DNA of 64,000 nucleotides, taken from contig JAYUIX010000160.1 in the NCBI GenBank assembly GCA_043765635.1, forward strand, positions 641 to 64,640, read 5' to 3'. The notes beneath the pieces were generated by a model. The model was not told where the DNA came from, did no database searches, and was given only the letters and a program-made list of their open reading frames with translations. A program made the position numbers and the translations under genes. The number at the start of each line of letters is the position of its first letter. Positions within the stretch are counted from its first letter, which is position 1. Source of the DNA: Sphingomonadales bacterium. Its GTDB lineage: Bacteria > Pseudomonadota > Alphaproteobacteria > Sphingomonadales > Sphingomonadaceae. This document shows, piece by piece, positions 1-9,051 of this stretch.

Positions 1-307
1 CCAGCATGATCCCCATAACAACCAGTTCAATGCGCCGCTGCCCCCATTCAAAAAAAAGCAGTGCCGCCGCCAACGCGAAAGCGGGCGCGATCACCACCCC
101 CCGGATGATGTGGGTGGTATCGGCGTTAAGCGGATCAATCAGCCGATCATAAATAAAGAAACAATAATAAAAGAGCCCGCCAAAAAGCAGAAACAACTGC
201 GACCATATAATATTGTTACGCACATATTGTTTGGCGAAACACGCCTCATCCAATGGGTTTTCAAAAATCAACCCAAAGCGGATCAGCAATTGGTTCAGAG
301 CCGTCAC
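1..307 (-). CDS. membrane protein, N-terminal part only (gene runs off the left edge)
   Basis: The minus-strand frame is open from GTG (307-305) to position 1: VTALNQLLIRFGLIFENPLDEACFAKQYVRNNIIWSQLFLLFGGLFYYCFFIYDRLIDPLNADTTHIIRGVVIAPAFALAAALLFFEW... It has several hydrophobic TM-like stretches. The GTGA overlaps the stop of the upstream TauD-like gene. It is absent from the ORF track because no stop lies in the window. Confidence 0.4.
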   Translation of the reverse strand, partial: MTALNQLLIRFGLIFENPLDEACFAKQYVRNNIIWSQLFLLFGGLFYYCFFIYDRLIDPLNADTTHIIRGVVIAPAFALAAALLFFEWGQRRIELVVMGIML

Positions 308-1140
308 GCCGCAGCAATCGTTGTGCGGTGGAGCAGGCGGTGATGGCCATCATAGCCCCCGGTTGCCGCATGAAGCAGTGAACGGTTATCCCACATCAAA
401 AGCATTTCCGCTGACCATTTATGGCGATATTGAAACACTTCTTGCCCCTGCCACTGATAAAGTTCGATGAGCAGCGGGAGCGCTTCTGCGTCATCCATCC
501 CCTCAATTCCGATGATATAGCCAAAGCAGCTAAACAGCCCCTCACGCCCGGTTTCGGGGTGCGCCCGGATTATCGGGTGGTGCTGCGTTGCCTCCGCATC
601 GCTCGATGGGCGGATATCCATTGAGCGCTTGGGCGCGTCGCCATCACCGTAAAACCCGTCGGGGGCATAGGCGCGTTTGGCCGAATGGATCGCGCTGCGC
701 CCTTCGATCCGCGCGCGCAGATCAGGCGGCATGGCATCAAGTGCGGCATGTTGATTGGCGAAGAAGGTATCGCCGCCCACCGGCGGAATGCGAATCGCGT
801 AAAGGCATGTTCCCGCCGGTGGCCGCGCCTGAAAACTCCAATCACTATGCCAGTTTTCGGCAAACAGCGGCGAAGTTTCATCGGCCAACCGTTCGACCGC
901 GATGATATGATCCCGCCCCGCAATGGGCGCAATAAACGGATCATCGCCAAAGCCGCCAAAAGCAAGCGTGAAGCATTCAAGATCATCATCTGACAGTCGT
1001 TGATCAGGAAACGCGAGGACATGATGCTCAAGCCAAGCGCTCCGAATCTCTGCCACAAGATCAACACTGATCGGCTGTGATAGATCAACCCCCGTTACAC
1101 TGGCACCGCATGCTTGACCCGAAGAGGTTACATTGATCAC
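304..1140 (-). CDS. TauD/TfdA-family Fe(II)/2-oxoglutarate dioxygenase
   Basis: 278-aa ORF with the family's typical layout: GVDLSQP near the N-terminus, the WHSDWSF metal-binding region, and a C-terminal MWDNRSLLH..R motif. Confidence 0.8.
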   Translation of the reverse strand: MINVTSSGQACGASVTGVDLSQPISVDLVAEIRSAWLEHHVLAFPDQRLSDDDLECFTLAFGGFGDDPFIAPIAGRDHIIAVERLADETSPLFAENWHSDWSFQARPPAGTCLYAIRIPPVGGDTFFANQHAALDAMPPDLRARIEGRSAIHSAKRAYAPDGFYGDGDAPKRSMDIRPSSDAEATQHHPIIRAHPETGREGLFSCFGYIIGIEGMDDAEALPLLIELYQWQGQEVFQYRHKWSAEMLLMWDNRSLLHAATGGYDGHHRLLHRTTIAAA

Positions 1141-1149
1141 AAAGCAAAG

Positions 1150-1542
1150 CTAGCGCGGGCGGTGCTGCGTGCCAAGCCCGGCTGTGATGAACAGCGCGCT
1201 AGCTTCGCCGTCAACGTCAACGGTATGCCATGCGCCGGGCGGGTTGATCGCATATTCGCCGGGGCCAATCATCGCCGTAGCGGTGCTACCATCGGCCATT
1301 TCCTGATGCATCGTCATTGATCCGCTGATGCAGAGGACAACCTCAGCACCGTTTGGGTGCATTTCCCACATCGGCCAGCTTTCGGCAAAGCGGTACATCG
1401 TCACCAATCGCCCCTCAGCCCCGTCAGCCGCATATCGATCAATATAAGCGTCGTACCAATCCATCGCATTGGTGAATTCAGGTTGGATAATCGCAGTTGC
1501 GCCAAGGCCCAAATGGATCGGATAATCATATATGCTGGGCAT
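1150..1542 (-). CDS. cupin domain protein
   Basis: Small ORF with a cupin-like beta-barrel region (GEYAINPPGAWHTVDV). I chose ATG 1542 because GGGAG lies 8 nt upstream; the track start at 1548 is TTG. Confidence 0.6.
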   Translation of the reverse strand: MPSIYDYPIHLGLGATAIIQPEFTNAMDWYDAYIDRYAADGAEGRLVTMYRFAESWPMWEMHPNGAEVVLCISGSMTMHQEMADGSTATAMIGPGEYAINPPGAWHTVDVDGEASALFITAGLGTQHRPR

Positions 1543-1593
1543 CTTCAAAACTCCCGGATTTCTGGGAAAGTTGACACTGAATCCGTATGTTGA

Positions 1594-1971
1594 TTAGGCC
1601 GCAGCGCCCATCACAAATGCATTGAGCTTGTTGCCATCGGGATCACGAAAATAGGCGGCAAAAAATCCGCCACCGCGCAAGCCCGGTGCGCCCTCGCAAG
1701 TGCCCCCGTAGGCAAGCGCAATATCGTAAAGCCGCTGCACCTGCGCTTCGTCCTTCGCCTCAAGCGCAACCATCACGCCGTTGCCAACGCTTGCCGTATT
1801 GCCATCAAAAGGGCGCATTACCGCAACCCCAGCGCCGCCGCCTGGCGTACCCCAAGCGATATAATTCTCTGCCTCCATCATCCGGCCAGTGGCCATGTCG
1901 GCCGCAATCGCATCATAAAACTTGGCGGCCCGCGCGATATCGTTGGTGCCAAGCGTGACATAGCCGATCAT
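1594..1971 (-). CDS. VOC (glyoxalase/bleomycin-resistance/dioxygenase) family protein
   Basis: 125 aa with MIGYVTLGTNDIARAAKFYD at the N-terminus and FRDPDGNKL at the C-terminus, both typical of the VOC fold. AAGGAGAG RBS lies upstream. Confidence 0.75.
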   Translation of the reverse strand: MIGYVTLGTNDIARAAKFYDAIAADMATGRMMEAENYIAWGTPGGGAGVAVMRPFDGNTASVGNGVMVALEAKDEAQVQRLYDIALAYGGTCEGAPGLRGGGFFAAYFRDPDGNKLNAFVMGAAA

Positions 1972-2016
1972 CAGTCTCTCCTTCTGTTAAATAAGAACAT
2001 TAGATGAACATAAAAG

Positions 2017-3024
2017 CTAAGTCAACTTTGCGTTTGCCGCCAGCTTTATTTTTTGACGACGCATGGCAGCGCCTGCAAAGCCAAACCCTATGATCATCAT
2101 CATCCATGTGGCAGGTTCAGGAACCGCAACACCGGGAAACGGAAAAGGCGTAAAATCGACTTCAATCGGTGGCGCGGTGATGAACCCGGCGAATGCACGC
2201 GCATAGTCAAAGCCAGAGCTTGAGCTAATACTCCAATCAGTTATCAAATTGCCTTGACCGTCGCGCAAAGATTCAATCCCGCCCCATGTATAGCCAAGAT
2301 TGTTGCAAGATCCGCTTCCAGAGTTTGCCGGCCCAATGTTGGATAGCCGTGCGAAGCAAAACAATTCAAACTGGAACGGATTATAAATGCCTGAATTGGT
2401 AAATGGCAGAACACCCAAATAATCGCCGTCGATTGTTTTGGAGATCGAACCGCCAATCGTGCCATCAAGTGAGACAGAGTCGCCAGCCGAAAATATGGTA
2501 AACGAATTTGTGTCGGGGAAAATACCAAAGACGTTAAAATTGCCAAATGCAGATGCCGTACCCGCATTGGCAGCAGCCATAATCTGGCCGGTTACGTTGA
2601 CCCGAAATGTGGCAAACAGCGGCCCCGTAACCATAGTGTTAACGCGGATAAAATCATAGGTGAATATACGTGATATCGCGACAGGTTCGCTTTTGTCTGG
2701 GTCAATAAAGCCAAAACGGACATCTCCCGGCGGTGTATTGGCGCCTTGAACGAAGGCGATTGATCCGGTTGTAGAGGTGCCCCGGCCAAAACCGACGTTA
2801 AGCTGCACCGATGAGATGCTTCCGCCATTTTCCAATTGATCGGAGCCAGTGATGATATTCTCGTTGGCCGAGAAAATTGTGAATTTATCACTGAACGGCT
2901 TATTCGGCGTCCCCGCAGCATTTAATATTGAGATCGCTGGCGGCCCGACACTCGCCGTTCCCCTATCCGCCATTGCTGGCGTTGTGACGCACAATATTGC
3001 CGTTGCTGCCAGAATCAAACGCAT
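2017..3024 (-). CDS. PEP-CTERM (PEPxxWA-type) sorting-domain secreted protein
   Basis: N-terminal signal peptide MRLILAATAILCVTTPAMA. The C-terminus reads VPEPATWMMMIIGFGFAGAAMRRQK, i.e. PEP motif, TM helix and basic tail. ATG 3024 has GGGGAGAA upstream. G+C looks lower than in the neighbours. Confidence 0.75.
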   Translation of the reverse strand: MRLILAATAILCVTTPAMADRGTASVGPPAISILNAAGTPNKPFSDKFTIFSANENIITGSDQLENGGSISSVQLNVGFGRGTSTTGSIAFVQGANTPPGDVRFGFIDPDKSEPVAISRIFTYDFIRVNTMVTGPLFATFRVNVTGQIMAAANAGTASAFGNFNVFGIFPDTNSFTIFSAGDSVSLDGTIGGSISKTIDGDYLGVLPFTNSGIYNPFQFELFCFARLSNIGPANSGSGSCNNLGYTWGGIESLRDGQGNLITDWSISSSSGFDYARAFAGFITAPPIEVDFTPFPFPGVAVPEPATWMMMIIGFGFAGAAMRRQKIKLAANAKLT

Positions 3025-3121
3025 CTTATTCTCCCCTTGAACAAACAAGATTTACCAAATTTGTGGTTGATACCACCCCCCTGTCAAGCAATATTCGGTT
3101 AACCATAATTGCGCCTGTCAA

Positions 3122-3739
3122 TCACGCCGAAGCGCTTGGACGCGCTGAAACGCGCGCGTGCCATGCCGAGAGCGCTGGCATATCATCAGGCATCCCCGCA
3201 CCAATGAAGGTTGCAAAATCAATCGTGGTGAGGAGAAGAATGTCGGCCATCGAATAATGATCACCGGCCAGATACACGCTACCCTCAAGCACAGCGTCAA
3301 ACCGGCGCATCGCGGCTACTGCGTGGGGGCGGTTGCTTTCGCCAAACTCCTTATACTGTGGCTTCACCACACGCGCGGTGAAGGGGTGGCTATGCCGCCA
3401 GATATTGGCAATCGGCATCATCAGTGTGAGTTCAACGCGACGCATCCACATATCGATTTCTGCAATGCTGACCGGATCAGTGCCAAACAGAGGTGGCTCT
3501 GGGTGCAGCGCCTCAAAATAGCGGCAGATTGCCACACTCTCGCCAATCATCCGCCCGTCATCAAGTGCGAGTACCGGCAACTGCCCCGGCGGATATTTGC
3601 CAACAAAATCGGCCGCCTTATGCTCGCCCGTAACAATCGAAAGCGACTGCACCGGCACGCTCAAGCATTTCTCAGCGAGATAAATACGGACGCGGCGCGG
3701 ATTGGGCGCAGGGTTTGGAGCATCATAGAGGATCGGCAT
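3122..3739 (-). CDS. glutathione S-transferase
   Basis: N-terminal thioredoxin-like GST domain (MPILYDAPNPAPNPRRVRIYLAEK...QLPVLALDDG) followed by a helical C-terminal domain. An alternative TTG start lies at 3763. Confidence 0.8.
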   Translation of the reverse strand: MPILYDAPNPAPNPRRVRIYLAEKCLSVPVQSLSIVTGEHKAADFVGKYPPGQLPVLALDDGRMIGESVAICRYFEALHPEPPLFGTDPVSIAEIDMWMRRVELTLMMPIANIWRHSHPFTARVVKPQYKEFGESNRPHAVAAMRRFDAVLEGSVYLAGDHYSMADILLLTTIDFATFIGAGMPDDMPALSAWHARVSARPSASA

Positions 3740-3770
3740 CGCAAGAGTGTGGAGTGCGGTCAAGGCGCGG

Positions 3771-5345
3771 TCAAGTTACCATCCGTTGCAGTGTTTCGAT
3801 CCGGTCGGCTTCGCTTGCAGGCTTATCATAGCGGATACGCTTGATTCGGGGAAAGCGCATCGCAAGCCCTGATTTGTGGCGCTTGCTGATGTGGATTGAA
3901 TCGAAGGCAACCTCAAGCACAAGCTTTTTCTCAACCTCGCACACGGGCCCGAATTTCTGGATGACATTCTGGCGGACGAATTTGTCGAGGTCTTTGAGTT
4001 CTTCATCGGAAAAACCCGAATAGGCCTTCCCGACAGGAAGAAGCGCGCCGGCATCATCCCAGCAGCCAAAGGTGTAATCCGAATAAAACGAGGCGCGCCG
4101 CCCATTGCCGCGCTGGGCGTACATCATGACGCAGTCAGCAACAAGCGGCTCACGCTTCCACTTATACCATTCCCCCGATTTGCGCCCGCTGACGTAAATG
4201 CTGTCACGCCGTTTGAGCATGACACCCTCGATTGCGCTGTCACGCGCATTGGCGCGCAGGATTTCTAGCGAAGGAAAATCATCGGCCAATATGATTTGCG
4301 AGAGATCGAAATACTCAGCAGGTAGCATTGGAACCATTGTTGCAAGCCGTGCGCGCCGCTGTGTCCAGGCAAGCGCGCGCAAATCTTCCACGCCGTCGGC
4401 CAATATGTCATAAAGACGGACGAACGCAGGCGACTCAGCGCGCATTTTGACGGTCACACTCTTGCGACCCAGCCGCTGCTGGAGCGCATTGAAACTTCCC
4501 GCCTCGCCGCCTTGGGCGGTGCCACGGATCATCAATTCGCCGTCGACTGCACCAATAACATTGAAGTTCTCGGTAATTTCAGGGAAGGATGCGCTGATAT
4601 CGTCACCGCCCCGGCTGAACAGCTTTGCGCCTTCTGCTGTTCGGACAATCTGGACGCGAATGCCGTCCCATTTCCATTCGGCGACATAATCATCAAGCGA
4701 GACAATGTGATCCTCTAGCGGGTGCGCGAGCATGAACGGCCGGAAAAAGGCTTTGGACGCGATGTCGGGACGTTCCGCGCGGCCTTCGGCCCAGTCGAAC
4801 AATTCTGCGAAGGGGGCGGCGGTCGCGTGCCAGACCTCGTCCACTGCGTCCACATTAAGGCCGAATGCATCTGCGAAAGCCTGCTTTGCCAGCCGCGCCG
4901 ACACCCCAACCCGGATGCCGCCGTTGACCAGCTTGAGCAGCGCATAACGGCTTTCTTCACTGACACTATTAAGCAGCTCGGCCAGCGCCACCAGCACAGT
5001 GGCACGGCTGGCAGCGGAGAGTGTTTCGATGATGGTCGTCAGGCTGATATCAACATGGCTTGCTTGTCCCTCACGATCCGGCCAGATCAGCGCGACGGTC
5101 TCGGCGGTGTCACCAATATATTCGCGGCTTATCCGCAGAAGTACCGGATCAACCCGTTCTTCAGCCATCGCGCGGATGCGTGATGAGGTGATGTCAGGCA
5201 GGCTCATCGCGCCGGTTAGTGCGGCAAGTGCCCAGCCCCGGTCAGGATCAGGGGTTTGGCGGAGATAATTACTGATCAAGTGCAGTTTCGTGTTGCGTGA
5301 ACGCGTGTAAATGAGGTGGTCAATCAAAGTCGCGAAGGCTCTCAC
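3771..5345 (-). CDS. ATP-dependent DNA ligase (ligase-associated DNA damage response type)
   Basis: 524 aa with the adenylation motif I AEWKWDGIR (KxDG) and an OB-fold C-terminus. It starts 3 nt after the stop of the MBL exonuclease gene, which is its usual partner. Confidence 0.9.
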   Translation of the reverse strand: MRAFATLIDHLIYTRSRNTKLHLISNYLRQTPDPDRGWALAALTGAMSLPDITSSRIRAMAEERVDPVLLRISREYIGDTAETVALIWPDREGQASHVDISLTTIIETLSAASRATVLVALAELLNSVSEESRYALLKLVNGGIRVGVSARLAKQAFADAFGLNVDAVDEVWHATAAPFAELFDWAEGRAERPDIASKAFFRPFMLAHPLEDHIVSLDDYVAEWKWDGIRVQIVRTAEGAKLFSRGGDDISASFPEITENFNVIGAVDGELMIRGTAQGGEAGSFNALQQRLGRKSVTVKMRAESPAFVRLYDILADGVEDLRALAWTQRRARLATMVPMLPAEYFDLSQIILADDFPSLEILRANARDSAIEGVMLKRRDSIYVSGRKSGEWYKWKREPLVADCVMMYAQRGNGRRASFYSDYTFGCWDDAGALLPVGKAYSGFSDEELKDLDKFVRQNVIQKFGPVCEVEKKLVLEVAFDSIHISKRHKSGLAMRFPRIKRIRYDKPASEADRIETLQRMVT

Positions 5346-5348
5346 CGC

Positions 5349-6350
5349 TTACCCCTCTTCATCTTCTTCAGCGCGACCAACCAATTTCAAGGCGCGTGCC
5401 TTCATCTGACGCAATTCGCACCAGCGGATCAGTGCGTCCTCACTGCCATGCGTCACCCATGTTTGAGCAGGCTTGAGCTCGGTAAGTGTTGCGGTCAGCT
5501 CATCCCAGTCAGCATGATCTGAAATGATCAGCGGCAGTTCGACATTCCTTTGTCGCGCGCGCTGGCGTGATCGCATCCACCCCGATGCCATTGCAGTAAT
5601 GGGATCGGGCAAACGCCTGCTCCAGCGGTCACTCAGCGCCGAGGGTGGGCTCAATATAATCTGACCTGCGAGTTCGTCTTTGGTGACATCGCTCACGAGC
5701 CGCAAATCACCAAGTTCAACCCCGAGCGTTTCATAAAGCCGGCACATTTTCTCAAGTGCGCCGTGTAGATAGAGTGGCGCATGATAGCCTGCGCGGCGTA
5801 GTTCAGCGATCACCCGCTGCGCCTTGCCAAGCGCATAAGCCCCGACAAGGACACTACGGTCAGGCGACTGAGCCGCCGCCTCAATCAATTTGGCAATTTC
5901 ACCCGCAATCGGCGGATGGCGGAATACGGGCAATGCAAACGTCGCTTCAGTAATGAAGATATCGCAGGGCACTGCTTCGAACGCGGCGCAGGTAGGATCA
6001 AACCGGCGCTTGAAGTCACCAGTGATCACCACGGTTTCGCCGCGATACACAAACCTGATTTGCGATGATCCAAGCACATGCCCGGCAGGGTGAAAACTTA
6101 TCTGGACGCCCGCTTCATCAAAGGTTTCGCGGTAAGCGACTGCACGGCTTTCAGTTTCACCGTAGCGCAGGCGCATAATGGCCAGCGTCTCAGGCGTTGC
6201 GGTTACATGGCCGTGTCCCGAACGCGCGTGATCGGCATGGCCATGCGTCACAAGAACGCGTGCCTTGGGTATGGAGGGGTCAACCCAAAGATCACAAGGG
6301 CGAATATAAATGCCCTCACGCGACGGTTCGATCCAGTGCGGCTCAGACAC
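5349..6350 (-). CDS. ligase-associated DNA damage response exonuclease (metallo-beta-lactamase / beta-CASP fold)
   Basis: Contains the HGHADHA motif and an MBL fold. It lies directly upstream of, and is coupled to, the ATP-dependent ligase. Confidence 0.85.
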   Translation of the reverse strand: MSEPHWIEPSREGIYIRPCDLWVDPSIPKARVLVTHGHADHARSGHGHVTATPETLAIMRLRYGETESRAVAYRETFDEAGVQISFHPAGHVLGSSQIRFVYRGETVVITGDFKRRFDPTCAAFEAVPCDIFITEATFALPVFRHPPIAGEIAKLIEAAAQSPDRSVLVGAYALGKAQRVIAELRRAGYHAPLYLHGALEKMCRLYETLGVELGDLRLVSDVTKDELAGQIILSPPSALSDRWSRRLPDPITAMASGWMRSRQRARQRNVELPLIISDHADWDELTATLTELKPAQTWVTHGSEDALIRWCELRQMKARALKLVGRAEEDEEG

Positions 6351-6364
6351 GGGGCGTGCTTGCG

Positions 6365-6853
6365 TTAAAGCGTCGTCTCGGCATATTGGCCGCTTACACT
6401 ATCGCGCACATCTTGGCCAAGCAGCATTTTGACAACGTTGAATGTCCCCATTTCAGCGCCCCAGATTGAGGCATCGCCCAGTTCCATGCGAATAAGCATG
6501 AGGTTTGGATCGGATTTGCCATCTGGAAACCATGCTGCAACCGTATTGTCCCAAAGCTTGTCCTTAACGTCTTCGCTCATCTCTTCAACCAAAGTTCCGG
6601 CAAAGCGGGCAAACAGCGAATGATCTTTTGCCGCATATGTGCCTGTCGCCTCGCCAAGGGCGGCAAAGCGGTTATCGCGCGACGTGAAAAACCAGATTGC
6701 GCTGTTGGCATCTTTATCAAGCTGTGCTGTCATCGGCGCTGCAGAAGCAGGATCATCATTGCGCGTCAGCATTACGAACGGCGATTTTGCCAACGCCTGC
6801 CAGAATGCGGTTTTCATGTCTTCGGTTGTATCGGTTTTTTCTATGAGCGTCAT
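6365..6853 (-). CDS. pyridoxamine 5'-phosphate oxidase-like FMN-binding protein (general stress protein 26 family)
   Basis: The sequence pattern (SPFVMLTR...AIWFFTS...DKLWDNTVAAWFPDGKSDPNLMLIRM) resembles GSP26/YdaG-like proteins. I chose ATG 6853 because the track start at 6895 lies upstream of the promoter-like motif. Confidence 0.75.
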   Translation of the reverse strand: MTLIEKTDTTEDMKTAFWQALAKSPFVMLTRNDDPASAAPMTAQLDKDANSAIWFFTSRDNRFAALGEATGTYAAKDHSLFARFAGTLVEEMSEDVKDKLWDNTVAAWFPDGKSDPNLMLIRMELGDASIWGAEMGTFNVVKMLLGQDVRDSVSGQYAETTL

Positions 6854-6881
6854 GATTGTTCTCCTTTGACCTTTTGCTTTC

Positions 6882-6906
6882 AACGAGTGAAGCACGGGGA
6901 GGTTCC
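6882..6906 (-). promoter_or_regulatory. EcfG-type (general stress) promoter motif GGAAC-N16-CGTT
   Basis: The plus strand reads AACG (6882-6885), 16 nt, then GTTCC (6902-6906), which is GGAAC-N16-CGTT on the minus strand. The -10 element lies 29 nt upstream of ATG 6853. Confidence 0.7.
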
Positions 6907-6956
6907 GATATCGGCGACACCCATTTTCAAATTAGCTATAGCATTGGAAGAGGTTT

Positions 6957-6971
6957 GAACATATAAAGAAC
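6957..6971. promoter_or_regulatory. alphaproteobacterial LexA (SOS) box GAAC-N7-GAAC
   Basis: GAACatataaaGAAC ends 3 nt before ATG 6974 of the radical-SAM putative DNA repair gene. Confidence 0.55.
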
Positions 6972-6973
6972 AA

Positions 6974-8209
6974 ATGTCAGTAAAAACACTTCAGGAAAAA
7001 CTCGCCATTTTAAGCGATGCCGCAAAATATGACGCATCATGTGCCTCAAGCGGGACGGGCAAACGCAATTCGCGTGACGGCAAGGGCTTGGGTTCAACCG
7101 AAGGCAGCGGAATTTGCCATTCCTATGCGCCTGACGGGCGCTGCATCTCGCTCCTCAAAATCCTTATGACCAATTTCTGTATTTTCGATTGCGCCTATTG
7201 CATCAACCGCGTCTCAAGCAATGTCGAGCGGGCGCGCTTTTCGGTCGAGGAAATTATTTCGCTGACGACTGAGTTTTATCGGCGCAATTATATTGAGGGT
7301 CTGTTCCTGTCATCGGGGATTATCAAATCGCCTGATGCGACGATGGCGGCGATGGTGCGCGTTGCGCGTGAGCTTCGTCTCACCCATAATTTCCGTGGAT
7401 ATATCCATTTGAAGACGATCCCCGATGCCGCGCCCGAATTGCTTGAGGAAGCCGGACTTTATGCCGACCGGCTGTCAATTAATGTTGAATTGCCAACGGA
7501 CGCAGGCGTTGCGCGGCTTGCCCCTGAAAAAAGCCCGCAGCGGATCAGGCAGGCAATGGCAGGGCTGCGTCAGAAGATTGAAGAACATAGCGATCCAACG
7601 CTCCAGACCAAGCGCGTCAAAAAATTCGCGCCGGCGGGGCAAAGTACACAATTGATTGTCGGCGCTGATGAGGCTGATGATACGACGATCCTTACCGGCG
7701 CGCATCAGCTTTATAATGATTACCGCCTGCGCCGGGTTTATTATTCGGGGTTCAGCCCAATTCCCGATGCAAGCAACATCCTGCCGCTCATCCGGCCCCC
7801 GCTGCTGCGCGAACACCGGCTTTATCAGGCTGACTGGATGCTGCGTTTCTACGGCTTTTCGGTTGGAGAGATTGCGCAAGGCGCGCAGAGCGGAATGCTT
7901 GACCTTGCGATTGATCCAAAGCTTGCGTGGGCTCTTGCGCGGCGTGACCAATTTCCGGTTGACGTCAATCGCGCACCGCGTGAGCTTTTGATGCGCATCC
8001 CCGGCATTGGCGGACGCACAGTGTCGCGCATATTGTCAACGCGCCGCTGGAAAACGCTCACTTACGATGATTTGATCCGGATGGGTGCACGGATGAAAAA
8101 TGCCAAGGCTTTCATTATTACGCGCGATTGGTCTCCGGCAAAACTCACTGACGCGAGCAATCTCCGTGCGCGTTTTGCAGCACCTGCCGAACAGCTAAGC
8201 CTCATTTGA
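6974..8209 (+). CDS. putative DNA modification/repair radical SAM protein
   Basis: Contains the CxxxCxxC cluster motif (CIFDCAYCINR) and a C-terminal helix-hairpin-helix-like region (LMRIPGIGGRTVSRIL). It is paired with a DUF4130 gene, as in the TIGR03916/TIGR03915 pair. Confidence 0.85.
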   Translation: MSVKTLQEKLAILSDAAKYDASCASSGTGKRNSRDGKGLGSTEGSGICHSYAPDGRCISLLKILMTNFCIFDCAYCINRVSSNVERARFSVEEIISLTTEFYRRNYIEGLFLSSGIIKSPDATMAAMVRVARELRLTHNFRGYIHLKTIPDAAPELLEEAGLYADRLSINVELPTDAGVARLAPEKSPQRIRQAMAGLRQKIEEHSDPTLQTKRVKKFAPAGQSTQLIVGADEADDTTILTGAHQLYNDYRLRRVYYSGFSPIPDASNILPLIRPPLLREHRLYQADWMLRFYGFSVGEIAQGAQSGMLDLAIDPKLAWALARRDQFPVDVNRAPRELLMRIPGIGGRTVSRILSTRRWKTLTYDDLIRMGARMKNAKAFIITRDWSPAKLTDASNLRARFAAPAEQLSLI

Positions 8210-9051
8210 TGCAAGAGATTATTCTGCCCGCAATTGGTTTTGCCAAGGCGTGGCGTAGCCGCGCCAGAAGGCTTGTCGAACGCCAAGTACCGCCAGAACA
8301 AATTGTCTGGCGGTCAGAAGACGATCAAGCGCTACTCGCGCTTGGAGGAGAGTCAGCAGACAGTGTCGCGCCCGCTCAAAGCGCGGTGCGGGTACCAAAA
8401 AACTTTATTGACCTCGCCGAAACCGCGCTCTGCGCTGACGTTCCCGATCGCTTTGCCTTGCCTTACGCGTTGTTGTGGCGATTGCAGACCGAGCGAGGCT
8501 TGCTCTCGATCCAGTCCGACCCTCAAGTCGCGCGGCTTCACGACTATACCAAGCGTGTGCGCCGCGATGCGCACAAGATGAAAGCCTTTGTGCGTTTCCG
8601 TGAAATCGGGGCTGGCAAAACCGAGAGGCGACGTTTTGTCGCCTGGTTTGAGTCCGATCATTTCACGCTTGAGCGCACTGCGCCCTTTTTTGCGCGCCGC
8701 TTTGGTGACATGGATTGGTCCATCCTGACACCCAGGCTTTGTGTGCACTGTCTCGGCGGGGTGCTAAAGCTTGAGGCTGGGACTGCAAAACCGGATATGC
8801 CGGTTGATGGTGCCGATGATCTGTGGCGCACTTATTTTGCAAATATCTTCAATCCCGCGCGGTTGAAGGTGAAGGCGATGCAGTCTGAAATGCCCAAGAA
8901 ATATTGGAAAAACCTGCCCGAAGCAGAGCTGATCCCGGCGCTTATCGCCTCTGCTGAAGCCCGCGTCCATGCAATGCGCGCGGCGGCACCAAGCGAGCCG
9001 CCATCACGTGCGGCGCGGATCAAAGCCGCCGTCAAAGCCTCTCAAGCATGA
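8209..9051 (+). CDS. DUF4130-domain putative DNA repair protein (partner of the radical SAM protein)
   Basis: ATG 8209 overlaps the upstream stop (TGATG). The conserved C-terminal region reads HKMKAFVRFRE...FVAWFESDHFTLE...FARRF. No uracil-DNA glycosylase domain is fused. Confidence 0.75.
   Translation: MQEIILPAIGFAKAWRSRARRLVERQVPPEQIVWRSEDDQALLALGGESADSVAPAQSAVRVPKNFIDLAETALCADVPDRFALPYALLWRLQTERGLLSIQSDPQVARLHDYTKRVRRDAHKMKAFVRFREIGAGKTERRRFVAWFESDHFTLERTAPFFARRFGDMDWSILTPRLCVHCLGGVLKLEAGTAKPDMPVDGADDLWRTYFANIFNPARLKVKAMQSEMPKKYWKNLPEAELIPALIASAEARVHAMRAAAPSEPPSRAARIKAAVKASQA

Noticed and set aside
3158-3844. 228-aa plus-strand ORF overlapping the GST gene and the ligase 3' end.
   Set aside because: It is antisense to two genes with clear family signatures and has a low-complexity Arg/His-rich product.
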